Shown here: positions 1 to 8,319 of the stretch, one piece after another
Layout: each line of letters opens with the position of its first letter
How positions within the stretch are numbered: the stretch's first letter is position 1
IMG/VR virus record: IMGVR_UViG_2865859272_000007
Span: 1-64,000 of that record
Source: a virus
Lineage: Duplodnaviria; Caudoviricetes
Strand: one strand, 5' to 3'
Length of the DNA: 64,000 nucleotides
Position numbers and translations under genes: made by a program
Notes under the pieces: generated by a model
Seen by the model: the letters and a program-made list of their open reading frames with translations, nothing else
The model's database searches: none
Told to the model about the DNA's origin: nothing

Positions 1-297
1 GTGAACGGAGCCGAGGGTCTGACGCTGGTCAAGGTCGTGCAGACGTGTGCCGCCTTTCCTTCCCAGTGGGACGCCTGGACGGCGGAAGGGCAGTACCTGT
101 TGCTCTGGTACCGGCACGGCGAGGGGCGCGTCGAGCGGCATCCCGGCCCTGACGTCGACACGCAGGACTCCTGGAACCAGGGCCTCTCGGCGCTCCTGGT
201 CGAGTGGCACGACGGCACGGGCGGCGGGGCCATCAGCCTCGAAGCCTTCCTCGCGGCCGCCGGAGTGGTGCCGGCCCCGGGAGCGTCCGTGAGCTGA
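1..297 (+). CDS. Host-side hypothetical protein
   Basis: 98-aa ORF (TCAAFPSQWDAWT...YRHG) upstream of the prophage junction; may be 5'-truncated by the window edge. Confidence 0.5.
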   Translation: MNGAEGLTLVKVVQTCAAFPSQWDAWTAEGQYLLLWYRHGEGRVERHPGPDVDTQDSWNQGLSALLVEWHDGTGGGAISLEAFLAAAGVVPAPGASVS

Positions 298-579
298 TGC
301 CGGCGTGCCCGGTCGTCGTCGCCACCGGACGAGGCCGCGTCGTCCGCCCGCTGCGCGGCGCTCGACGCGTGGCCGCCCCCGCCCGTGGTCGCGGCTCCTC
401 CGGAAGTCGACGTCCCGGCACCGCCACGTCCCGCGGACCGTGCTCCCGCGCCCGCATGGTGGCCGCCCGCACTTCGGCACCGAGAACTATGGTGTCCCAC
501 CACATACGCCACTGACCTGCGCGTTCCTACGGTGTGGCGACACGTAACCGTCCCCGTCCCACGTCAGGAAGTGGTGCCG

Positions 580-702
580 ATGTCCGCCCCCGCGACCGCT
601 CCGCCAACACCGAACAGCATCCGCCGTATCGTCGCCGCGAGTCTCATCGGCACCACCATCGAGTGGTACGACTTCTTCCTTGTGGGGTCTGACCTGCGAT
701 GA
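580..702 (+). pseudogene. MHS-family MFS transporter, 5' fragment interrupted by prophage
   Basis: ATG 580 after an aggaag RBS; RRIVAASLIGTTIEWYDFFL is the typical TM1 of MHS transporters; homology ends after FFL and a stop follows (VGSDLR*). Confidence 0.85.
661..700. other. Probable attL junction (crossover near 680/681)
   Basis: Host MFS coding sequence ends at ...gacttcttcct| and phage-like DNA follows. Confidence 0.7.
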
Positions 703-746
703 CGCAGGCATCCTAGCAGCCCTTCCGAGAGGCGTCCGGGGGGTCT

Positions 747-767
747 ATCGGGCTTGTCAGGCCCGAT
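747..767. promoter_or_regulatory. Near-perfect 21-bp palindrome, candidate operator
   Basis: atcgggcttgtcaggcccgat; same core as 32505-32521. Confidence 0.5.
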
Positions 768-780
768 TTGTACGCAATAT

Positions 781-855
781 GCCCCTGTGGCCAAATCTGG
801 CAAAGGCGCCCGATTCAAGATCGGGAGACTGGCGGTTCGAGTCCGCTCAGGGGTA
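781..855 (+). tRNA. tRNA-Leu(CAA) with short variable loop
   Basis: Acceptor gcccctg/caggggt, D stem gcc/ggc, anticodon arm cccga-ttCAAga-tcggg, 5-nt variable loop, T arm ggcgg-ttcgagt-ccgct, A73. Confidence 0.9.
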
Positions 856-1027
856 CCGGCGCACGTGGTCCCGACCGGGAGGAGCCCGGAGGGCCGGGAT
901 GCCCGACGGCCTGGAGCCCCAAGCGGGGGCCGGACTACCCGAGACCGTCGCACACCCCGGCAACAGCGAGCGCAAGCACCGCCCCGCACGAGTTCGCGAG
1001 TCGTACGGAGGGTGCGACTCCCCCGAA

Positions 1028-1053
1028 CCCCCGCCCACGACTCCGGGCGGGGG
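1028..1053 (+). terminator. GC-rich hairpin, probable terminator or processing site
   Basis: cccccgccc-acgactcc-gggcggggg followed by ctcttcc. Confidence 0.5.
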
Positions 1054-1092
1054 CTCTTCCATCCCAATCCCCATCCCAAGAAGTGATTCGTC

Positions 1093-2109
1093 ATGTCGAA
1101 GGAAACCCGCAACTGGCTGTCCCGCAACGTCCTCGTCGGCTTCACGGAGAAGCGCGGCAACGCATGGCACTACCGCGAGGGCGACCAGAACCACTACCCC
1201 GGCCCGATCCCGGTCGAGGACGTGCACCACCGCCTCTTCCACTGGACAGCCCAGGAGAAGGAGCTGTACGTCAAGGCCGAGGTCGGTGAAGGCGCGATGC
1301 TCATCCCCGGCCGCAAGGCCATCGTCCGCAGCGACACCGGCGCCGTCCTGGGCATCTTCCGTGCCGGCTACCAGCCCCACCAGTACGGGGAGTGGCTCCT
1401 CGACAATGTCGCCAACATCATCGACGACGATCTTCAGATCGGGTCCGCCGGCCTCCTCCGCGAGGGCGCTGTCGCCTGGGTGTCGGTCGAGGTTCCCGAC
1501 AACATCATCACGCCCGAGGGTGTCGTGTTCCGACCCTTCCTTCTGGCGGCGACGTCGTTCGACGGCACCGTGGCGACGACGTACAAGCGTGTTGTGACGA
1601 ACGTCGTGTGCGACAACACGATGCGGGCCGCGCTGGACCGTGAGCAGGGCCAGGTCTTTCGGGTTCGGCACTCGGCCAAGAGCCTCTCCCGTCTCGGCGA
1701 CGCCCGGGACGCGTTGGGGATCGTGCACGGTATCGCCGAGGAGTTCTCTGCCCAGGTGGCGTCGCTGTCCTCCGTCAAGGTCGACGACCGGACGTTCGAG
1801 CGTGTGGTGAACCTGTCGGTTCCGATGCCGCAGGGCGGCCCGGACGGCGCCGGTAAGAAGCGGGCGGTCGCTCTGGCTGAGAAGAAGCGGGACGCTCTCT
1901 GGCGCATGTGGCGTGAAGATGACCGTGTGGCGCCGTGGAATGGCACGGCTATGGGCGCGTGGCAGGCGTTCAACACCTACGAGCATCACGAAAGGGCTGT
2001 CCGCAAGGGTGCGGCCCGTGCCGAGCGCAACATGATGCGCACCGTCAGCGGCGAGATCGAGACCGCCGACGCTGAGGTGGTGCACCGAATCCTGGCCCTG
2101 GCGGCGTAA
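1093..2109 (+). CDS. DUF932 / phage-plasmid TIGR03299-like protein
   Basis: AWHYR, YQPHQY, FLLAATSFDG, TNVVCDNT, VRHS and AWQAFNTY motifs. Confidence 0.8.
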   Translation: MSKETRNWLSRNVLVGFTEKRGNAWHYREGDQNHYPGPIPVEDVHHRLFHWTAQEKELYVKAEVGEGAMLIPGRKAIVRSDTGAVLGIFRAGYQPHQYGEWLLDNVANIIDDDLQIGSAGLLREGAVAWVSVEVPDNIITPEGVVFRPFLLAATSFDGTVATTYKRVVTNVVCDNTMRAALDREQGQVFRVRHSAKSLSRLGDARDALGIVHGIAEEFSAQVASLSSVKVDDRTFERVVNLSVPMPQGGPDGAGKKRAVALAEKKRDALWRMWREDDRVAPWNGTAMGAWQAFNTYEHHERAVRKGAARAERNMMRTVSGEIETADAEVVHRILALAA

Positions 2110-2181
2110 GAGACACCGGACTGTGGGGCTGCGCTTCTAGCGAGGAGCGCAGCCCTTTCTCTACCCCGATGGCAGACGAAC

Positions 2182-2577
2182 ATGAGAATGAGGAAACCCG
2201 CTATGAGTAACTTCCATCCCTGGCCCAAGAGGACGCCCGAATACAAGGTTCGGCGGGCCCTTGAAGAGCTGGGCGACCATCCCGAAGAGCGACTGAAGGA
2301 GATGGGTGTCACGGGTGTTCCCGGCGACCCGGAACACTGCCTTCTTGCGAACTATCTGAACGCGAAGATCCCCCTGCCCGGCGGTGCAAGGTGGACTGTG
2401 GGGCCGGGCTGGGGCTACGGAATTCCCATCCCTGACGCCAGCGCTGCCCTGGCCCGCGAATTCGACCACGGCGGGCACGCCGACATGGTCGACTGGACGC
2501 AGCCCGCCAAACCTGCCCGCTTCCCCGCCCCCGAAACCACCCCCGCCCGCGAACAGGTCAAGGAAGACGTGTCATGA
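2182..2577 (+). CDS. Hypothetical phage protein
   Basis: ORF in operon; start may be 2203. Confidence 0.6.
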   Translation: MRMRKPAMSNFHPWPKRTPEYKVRRALEELGDHPEERLKEMGVTGVPGDPEHCLLANYLNAKIPLPGGARWTVGPGWGYGIPIPDASAALAREFDHGGHADMVDWTQPAKPARFPAPETTPAREQVKEDVS

Positions 2578-2762
2578 GCCATCCCAGGAATCTCGGTGCT
2601 AGGCATCACGCGTCGAAGATGACGACGGCGAAGGTGCGGCAGGCCCGGAAGTCGTATGCGACCGGCAGGTGGACGATTGCCGGCCTGGCGGTGAAGTACG
2701 GGATCAGTAGCCCGTCGATGTCCGCGATCCTCAAGCACCAGTCGTGGAAGCACGTGACGTGA
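2574..2762 (+). CDS. Small HTH protein resembling the C-terminal DNA-binding domain of HNH homing endonucleases
   Basis: GARHHASKMTTAKVRQAR...LAVKYGISSPSMSAIL...WKHV; ATGA overlap. Confidence 0.6.
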   Translation: MSHPRNLGARHHASKMTTAKVRQARKSYATGRWTIAGLAVKYGISSPSMSAILKHQSWKHVT

Positions 2763-2932
2763 TGGGCCGGTTTGAGGACTGGGACATTGTGGCGATCGTA
2801 CTATTCATCGCGATATTTTTCGGTGGTCTCTTCATCGTGTTCATCCTGTCTGAGCAGGCCACCAACGAGACGGCACGGCAGTGCATCGCCGCCGGTTTCG
2901 AATGGATCGACGGTAACTGCGTCCGCCGCTGA
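2762..2932 (+). CDS. Small membrane protein
   Basis: One hydrophobic helix, then C...GFEWIDGNC. Confidence 0.6.
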   Translation: MGRFEDWDIVAIVLFIAIFFGGLFIVFILSEQATNETARQCIAAGFEWIDGNCVRR

Positions 2933-2963
2933 CTCCGGGGGTCATGCCCCCGGTGCTGGGAAA

Positions 2964-2992
2964 GCCCCCCGTCGCTGAGAACGACGGGGGGC
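2964..2992. terminator. Hairpin terminator
   Basis: gccccccgtcg-ctgagaa-cgacggggggc perfect 11-bp stem. Confidence 0.55.
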
Positions 2993-3174
2993 GCCCCGAC
3001 TGACCCCCCTTCCCCGCGCCCTGTGACGGCGGCGCGTGCGGGAAGGGGCCATGCCGCTCCCCCCGCCCGCTACCTGTGGGGGTCGCAGCGGCAACCCGGC
3101 GCCCGCCTTTTGGGATGGGGCGGGCGCCGGGCCACATCCCCCACCCATTTCCCCATCCCTCCTGGAGACCCGTC

Positions 3175-3918
3175 ATGAAGATCTACTACAAGGCGACTCG
3201 CACTGATGGTTTCGATTTCTTTTCCGGAACCGTCGACTACGCGGGCGCTCTCGCATCCGGTAAGCCCGTGAAGCGCAAGCCCGCCACGGACGAGTATGGG
3301 GCCATACAGTTTGCGTGCTGCTCGGACACTGTCTACCACGCCTCCGACGCCCCTTCGGAAACCCTCATCGGCGGGGAGTGGCCGTGCAGGCTGTTTGAGG
3401 GCACAGGCCGCCCGGTCGCGCAAGAGGGCCACAAGCACGGTTTTCGTTCCCTTCGTGTCCTGGGTGAGGTACCGGCCTGGCAGGCTCTGGGTCCGAACGG
3501 TGAAGCCGTGGCGGCACTGATCGAACGTGCATCCCGCCTCACCCGGGAAGAAGCAGAACAGCTTCAGGCCGCCCGGGATGCCGCCCGGGATGCCGCCTGG
3601 GCGGCATCCCGGGCTGCCGCCTGGGATGCCGCCCGGGATGCCGCCGGGGTTGCCGCCGGGGTTGCCGCCGGGGATGCCGCCAGGGCTGCCGCCTGGGATG
3701 TCGCCTGGGCTGCCGCCGGGGATGCCGCCAGGGCTGCCGCCCGGGATGCCGCCGGGGATGCCGCCCGGGATGTCGCCGGGATTGCCGCCCGGGATGCCGC
3801 CCGGGATGTCGCCGGGATTGCCGCCAGGGCGCTTGTTGCTCGGGACCTCATCTCGGAAGAACACTTCAACGCCCTCTATGGGCCGTGGGCGTCGGTACTG
3901 GGGGAGGTGCCGGCATGA
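3175..3918 (+). CDS. Phage protein with Ala-rich AARD/AAWD tetrapeptide repeats
   Basis: ggag RBS; N-terminal [13 protein letters not shown] domain; repeats in C-terminal half. Confidence 0.75.
   Translation: MKIYYKATRTDGFDFFSGTVDYAGALASGKPVKRKPATDEYGAIQFACCSDTVYHASDAPSETLIGGEWPCRLFEGTGRPVAQEGHKHGFRSLRVLGEVPAWQALGPNGEAVAALIERASRLTREEAEQLQAARDAARDAAWAASRAAAWDAARDAAGVAAGVAAGDAARAAAWDVAWAAAGDAARAAARDAAGDAARDVAGIAARDAARDVAGIAARALVARDLISEEHFNALYGPWASVLGEVPA
3568..3828 (+). repeat. Tandem 12-bp repeats (gccgcccgggat and variants)
   Basis: About 20 degenerate in-frame copies encoding AARD/AAWD/AAGD/AAGV. Confidence 0.85.
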
Positions 3919-4244
3919 CTGCCAGTGCCCCCTGGTCGCCCCAGAACCCCGACGGCGACCTCGTGCCCCTCCTGGCCGAAGCCGTTGAAGAGGCTCGTCG
4001 CCGTCACCCAGCCGGAAAGGGCGCCGCCACGATGGAGAAACTCACGGCTGCCGACCGGTGCGACCAGTGCGGCGTCACCGCCACCTACCGGGTACGCAGA
4101 TGGACCGACATGGGCCACGGCGTCCGCGAGACGAGAACCCTCGACTACTGCGCACACCACTGGCGACAAAACTTCCCAGCCATGACCGACCAAGGGTGGA
4201 TTGTCGTCGCCGGCAACCCCGACCAGATCAGAGGTGTGCCGTGA
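3915..4244 (+). CDS. Small Cys/His protein ([10 protein letters not shown]...YCAHH)
   Basis: Motif typical of small actinobacterial zinc-binding proteins. Confidence 0.6.
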   Translation: MTASAPWSPQNPDGDLVPLLAEAVEEARRRHPAGKGAATMEKLTAADRCDQCGVTATYRVRRWTDMGHGVRETRTLDYCAHHWRQNFPAMTDQGWIVVAGNPDQIRGVP

Positions 4245-4411
4245 TCCCCACGCACGTGTACCGGCAAAAGCCCGTCCGTGGCCGCATCCCCGACCACGCC
4301 AACGCCGCCGACGCCGAACGCCAAGACCGGCAGCGACGCGCCCGGCAACGCCAGCGCCGCGAACAGATTCAGGCGGAACGAACGGCCACCCGCAACGACC
4401 AGGAGGAGTAG
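4241..4411 (+). CDS. Small basic hypothetical protein
   Basis: GTGA overlap with the previous stop. Confidence 0.45.
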   Translation: MIPTHVYRQKPVRGRIPDHANAADAERQDRQRRARQRQRREQIQAERTATRNDQEE

Positions 4412-4417
4412 CGCCGC

Positions 4418-4639
4418 ATGGAACGCTTTCACCGCATCTTCAGCTCGAAGGGCTACCAGTTCTTCCTGCTGGCGGTTGCCCTCGCATTCATGGCCGCCAA
4501 CATCGTCGCAGGCAACACCCTCCTCACGATCTTCTGGGCGGTCCTGCTGGCATGGTCCATATGGAATCTGAACCGCATCTGCACGGGCCGCGATCCCTAC
4601 TACAACGAGCATCACGGGAAGGGGAGCGATCATGGCTGA
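4418..4639 (+). CDS. Small two-TM membrane protein
   Basis: ggag RBS, two hydrophobic segments. Confidence 0.65.
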   Translation: MERFHRIFSSKGYQFFLLAVALAFMAANIVAGNTLLTIFWAVLLAWSIWNLNRICTGRDPYYNEHHGKGSDHG

Positions 4640-4727
4640 CATCGGTGAGGAACAGGAAGAGGTCGAATTCGAGCCCTTCCCCGAAGAGGCCCCGGTCGAG
4701 GCCCCGGCAGAACCGGTGCCCGCATGA
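4632..4727 (+). CDS. 31-aa acidic Pro/Glu microprotein (not in ORF track)
   Basis: ggggag RBS; MADIGEEQEEVEFEPFPEEAPVEAPAEPVPA; stop overlaps the next ATG. Confidence 0.7.
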   Translation: MADIGEEQEEVEFEPFPEEAPVEAPAEPVPA

Positions 4728-4921
4728 ACGGCGACGACGAATTCATCCGACTCTCGCAGCGTCTGGAGAAGGAGATGACCGCCGGACCGGTAGCGGCCTG
4801 GATCAGCCGTACGGCGGCGGCGGTGCTGGCGGTGCTGATCGCCGCACTGCTGCTGCTGGCGGCGGCCACCGCCGGGGCCGGCCTGGCGCTGGCCCTCGTA
4901 ACCATCCTGGAGGTGTTCTGA
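4724..4921 (+). CDS. Small membrane protein
   Basis: Long hydrophobic C-terminal half. Confidence 0.55.
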   Translation: MNGDDEFIRLSQRLEKEMTAGPVAAWISRTAAAVLAVLIAALLLLAAATAGAGLALALVTILEVF

Positions 4922-5055
4922 TGAGGGCCCTGATCGCAAGAGTGCTGGAGGCTCTGCACCGCCGTTACTGCCCGTGCCAAGTCGACGTCGAGACTTTGGA
5001 TGATTGGGGAGACGGCCCCTGCCGCTGCTGCCGTGGCCCCGAGGAGGAGCCGTGA
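4921..5055 (+). CDS. Small Cys-rich hypothetical protein
   Basis: TGATG coupling; YCPC...CRCC. Confidence 0.5.
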   Translation: MRALIARVLEALHRRYCPCQVDVETLDDWGDGPCRCCRGPEEEP

Positions 5056-5252
5056 CCGTTGCGCTGTTTCACGGCCACCCGATACGGGTGGGCCGGTACG
5101 AGGAGATCCGGCGGTGGGCGCTGCTCGTCGCCGCCCGCGGTATAGCCGACCTGCGCCGCTTTGCCTGGACGGACACCGGAAAGCTCACCATCCGCAAGGG
5201 CGACCGCGAGGTCTTCACCGGCTGGGAGGTAGCAGAGGTAGAGGAGCTGTGA
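5052..5252 (+). CDS. Hypothetical protein
   Basis: ggagga RBS, GTGA overlap. Confidence 0.55.
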   Translation: MTVALFHGHPIRVGRYEEIRRWALLVAARGIADLRRFAWTDTGKLTIRKGDREVFTGWEVAEVEEL

Positions 5253-5253
5253 C

Positions 5254-5514
5254 GTGGTCGACGGCTGGAAGCTGTCCACGCATGCCGTGGACCGGGCCCT
5301 CGACATGGCCCTCGACCCCGACGAGATCCGGCGAACCCTTGCCGACCCGGCTGTGACGCAGCCGAGCGGATCTGGATATCCGGACAACTGCGAGGTCTGG
5401 GCGGCTGGGCGGATCGCCCTCGTCGTCGCCCCTGCCGAGCGAATCGTCATCACCTGCCTGTGGCGTGGGGTCGTGTACGAGCGGGGGACGGAGAGTGAGC
5501 CGTTTCGTGACTGA
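5254..5514 (+). CDS. DUF4258-like (RelE-like fold) small protein
   Basis: LSTHAVDRALDM...EI...L...RIALVV...IVIT pattern. Confidence 0.55.
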   Translation: MVDGWKLSTHAVDRALDMALDPDEIRRTLADPAVTQPSGSGYPDNCEVWAAGRIALVVAPAERIVITCLWRGVVYERGTESEPFRD

Positions 5515-6013
5515 TTTCTCCAAGTGCTGCAAGGATTGTTTGGCGGAATTCGACGCCTATCATGCGGGGACGCGAACGGAGGCGCCGCCGCGGCTCACGC
5601 GCCCCGCCCTGAATCCCGGTCCTCGTTGCGCTACGCACTGGCGGGAGGAGCTGAAGCGCCGCCGCCTGGCCGCCCACGAGAAACACGTCCAGGGGGTCTA
5701 CGGGCTGAAGGAGGGCGAGTATGCAGACCTATACCGTTTCCAAGGCGGTTTGTGTGCGCTGTGCCGCAGAGCAACTGGTGCTAGCAGACGTCTATCTGTG
5801 GACCATGATCACGCAACAGGGGCTGTGCGAGGTTTGTGCTGTCGCCCATGCAACTCACTTCTTGGTCACGCCCGAGACGACCCCGCCTTCTTCCAGCGGT
5901 GCATCGCCTACCTGAACGATCCGCCCTACCAACAACTGAACAGACAACAGAACAAGGAACCCGATGCGATGCCACGTCTGCGACAAGCCGACGAAACCGA
6001 CCCAGACGGGTAG
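5498..6013 (+). CDS. Recombination endonuclease VII family
   Basis: QGGLCALC...LSVDHDHATGAVRGLCCRPCNSLLG. Confidence 0.9.
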   Translation, partial: SRFVTDFSKCCKDCLAEFDAYHAGTRTEAPPRLTRPALNPGPRCATHWREELKRRRLAAHEKHVQGVYGLKEGEYADLYRFQGGLCALCRRATGASRRLSVDHDHATGAVRGLCCRPCNSLLGHARDDPAFFQRCIAYLNDPPYQQLNRQQNKEPDAMPRLRQADETDPDG

Positions 6014-6575
6014 GTACCGACAGCACAAGAAGCCCGACCACGGTGGGCACGGTGACAGCCGCGATTACTGCGACGCCTCCGGGACAGTCGTCCCGGACAC
6101 TACCGGCGAAGATACTAACGTCGGCGTTACCTTCTCCCACCCCGCTCCTGTCGCCGTCGACATGTTCTCCCGTCCGGCAGGCCCAGAAGGGCGGCCCGCG
6201 GCCTTGCCGATGACCGACCTCGGCAAGGAAGTAACGGCGCGGCTCAAGGAGATGTTTCATGGGTACGTCAACCGGCAAGAGCGTTCCCAGCAGACCGCAC
6301 TTGGGCCTTCCGAGATCGGGTCACCGTGTGACCGTCGACTGGCGATGTCACTCATGCGGATGCCGAGGGTCAATCCGGGTGGAGACGGATGGGCCTGGTT
6401 TGTCGGGACCTGCATTCACGCTGGACTGGCTGACATGTTCGCATGGGCAGACGCCGGTAGTGGACGCTATGCGGTGGAAACCCCGCTGACCTTCCCGTCA
6501 GCGTACGTGCCGAAAGGGACCGGGGATCTCCTGGACCGCATGCTGTTGATGTTCGGCCCCGCCGAGAGGAGGTAA
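5964..6575 (+). pseudogene. Truncated paralog of the Cas4-like PD-(D/E)XK exonuclease at 6764
   Basis: LGPSEIGSPCDRRLAMSLM...GTCIHAGL matches 6764-7564; ends before DWK and the C-terminal cysteines. Confidence 0.7.
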
Positions 6576-6578
6576 CGC

Positions 6579-6767
6579 GTGGCGAACGAGGACAAGTTCA
6601 TGCGGCCTGCGGAGGCGGCTCGGCTCTTTGGTGTCGACACGAGGACGATTATGCGCTGGTCTGCGGCGGGGAAGCTTCGCAGCGTCCAGACCCTTGGCGG
6701 TCACCGGCGTTACTTCCGGGAAGAAGTGATGCGGCTGTGGGGCGAGATGAACGGAGACGCGACATGA
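6579..6767 (+). CDS. BldC-like MerR/excisionase-family HTH protein
   Basis: RPAEAARLFGVDTRTIMRWSAAGKLRSVQTLGGHRRY. Confidence 0.85.
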   Translation: MANEDKFMRPAEAARLFGVDTRTIMRWSAAGKLRSVQTLGGHRRYFREEVMRLWGEMNGDAT

Positions 6768-7564
6768 CCCCTGACGATCCGGACGACTTCTACCGGGACG
6801 ACACCCCGCCGCCCCGCCGCAAGTCGGAGCCGATGGAGGGCTTCGCCGCCGAGCTCGCGGGGCGGATCCGCGAGTTGTTCTTCCAGTACACCAACCGACT
6901 AGACCGGTCCCAGCAGAAGCATCTGGGGCCTTCTGAGATCGGCACCCCCTGCGACCGGCGGCTCGCGATGTCGCTCATGGGTATGCCGGCCGTCAATCCG
7001 GGCGGCGACAACTGGGCGTCCTGGAAGGGTACCCAGATCCATCGCGGCCTGGCGGAAATGATCGACTGGGCGAACGCCAACTCCGGCCGGTACGCCACGG
7101 AGATGCGAGTCGCGCTACCCTCCGAGCGTGTGCCCGGCGGCACGCTGGACTGGCTCGACCGGACGCTGCTGATGGTCGGGGACTGGAAGCTCCTCGGATC
7201 GTCCAGCCTTTCCAAGCTCCGCCTCGACGGGCCGCCGCCCCGCTACCGGATTCAGGCCCACTGCTACGGGCTCGGGGCGACGCGGGCCGGTGAACGCATC
7301 GAGCACGTGGCGATCATCGGGATGCCCGCCGAAGCTCAGTCGCTGAACTCGCTATACGTCTGGGCGGAGCCGTACTCGGAGCAGGTGGCGCTCGACGCCC
7401 TGGCGCGAGTCGACCGGATCGCGGAGCAGATTGGCACCGTCGGGAACGGGAGGGGCGAAGCCAACAAGCGGCTCCTCGCTCTCGCTTTCCCCACGGCCGA
7501 TGACTGCAAATTCTGTAGCTGGCACACCAAGACGAAGAGCGGCTGCAACGGCCATCAGTCATAA
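6764..7564 (+). CDS. Cas4-like / PD-(D/E)XK exonuclease
   Basis: PSEIGTPCDRR, GTLD, VGDWK, QAHCYG, C-terminal CKFCSW...C. Confidence 0.8.
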   Translation: MTPDDPDDFYRDDTPPPRRKSEPMEGFAAELAGRIRELFFQYTNRLDRSQQKHLGPSEIGTPCDRRLAMSLMGMPAVNPGGDNWASWKGTQIHRGLAEMIDWANANSGRYATEMRVALPSERVPGGTLDWLDRTLLMVGDWKLLGSSSLSKLRLDGPPPRYRIQAHCYGLGATRAGERIEHVAIIGMPAEAQSLNSLYVWAEPYSEQVALDALARVDRIAEQIGTVGNGRGEANKRLLALAFPTADDCKFCSWHTKTKSGCNGHQS

Positions 7565-7595
7565 CCGAACACCCAACAGAACAGAGGAACCCCGC

Positions 7596-8309
7596 ATGGC
7601 AACCCCCAACCAGCCCGGCTACGAAGCCGATTTCATGGAGGAAGGCGGCAAGTCGTTCTCGTTCGACGGGACTCCGCCGATCTCCGTGACCGGCATTGTG
7701 TCGGTGGACAACCCGGTGAAGATGCAGCAGCGCGACTTCGATACCGGCGATCTGCTGACCTGGCCGGACGGCAATCCGAAGTGGCAGTGGCGCGTCGACC
7801 TCCAGACCGAGCTGCGTGAGGCGCCGGACGACGACGGCATGCGCTCGGTGTATCTGAAGTTCCGCTCGAAGGCCGCGGTGGTGAACGCCGTGAAGGCGGC
7901 CGGCGTCAAGCGCATGGAGCGGGGCGGGCGGCTGACCCTGACGTACACCAGCAACGATCACAGCCAGCCGCATCGTACGAAGCCCGAGTACGGCTGCGGG
8001 CCGCAGTGCCAGCAGGGCCGCGGCTACCCGGCGAAGAACTACGAAGCGAAGTACGAGCCGCCGCAGCAGGGCCTGATGGACTCCGGCCCGGATCCGTGGG
8101 CGGGGATGAACGTCAGCCCTCCTCCGGCGGCTGCCCCTCCTGCGCCCCCGTCCGCTGTGACGGCGCCTGCCCCTGCGACGGCTGCGCCTGCTGTTGACCC
8201 AGAGCTCGTCGCCTTCTTGGTGGGCAAGGGCATCGGCAACGCCGCCACGCTCGACGCGGCGACCGCGAAGCAGATAGCGGCCGTCTATCCCGACAACCCG
8301 TTCAAGTAG
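7596..8309 (+). CDS. Putative ssDNA-binding/recombination protein
   Basis: QQRDFDTG...TWPDGNPKWQ; Pro/Ala-rich tail; position after the exonuclease. Confidence 0.55.
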   Translation: MATPNQPGYEADFMEEGGKSFSFDGTPPISVTGIVSVDNPVKMQQRDFDTGDLLTWPDGNPKWQWRVDLQTELREAPDDDGMRSVYLKFRSKAAVVNAVKAAGVKRMERGGRLTLTYTSNDHSQPHRTKPEYGCGPQCQQGRGYPAKNYEAKYEPPQQGLMDSGPDPWAGMNVSPPPAAAPPAPPSAVTAPAPATAAPAVDPELVAFLVGKGIGNAATLDAATAKQIAAVYPDNPFK

Positions 8310-8319
8310 GAGACCCGCG

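Noticed and set aside
781-855. tRNA-Leu as the integration target
   Set aside because: The host gene break is about 100 bp upstream in the MFS gene, and the tRNA is atypical for a host Leu tRNA
1058-3160. Recurrent ccatccc words near several early genes
   Set aside because: Too short, variable in position and partly coding; cannot be distinguished from chance without counting
6764-7564. Cas4-like nuclease as a sign of a CRISPR-Cas system
   Set aside because: No cas1/cas2 and no repeat-spacer array; stand-alone Cas4-like exonucleases are common in actinophage recombination modules
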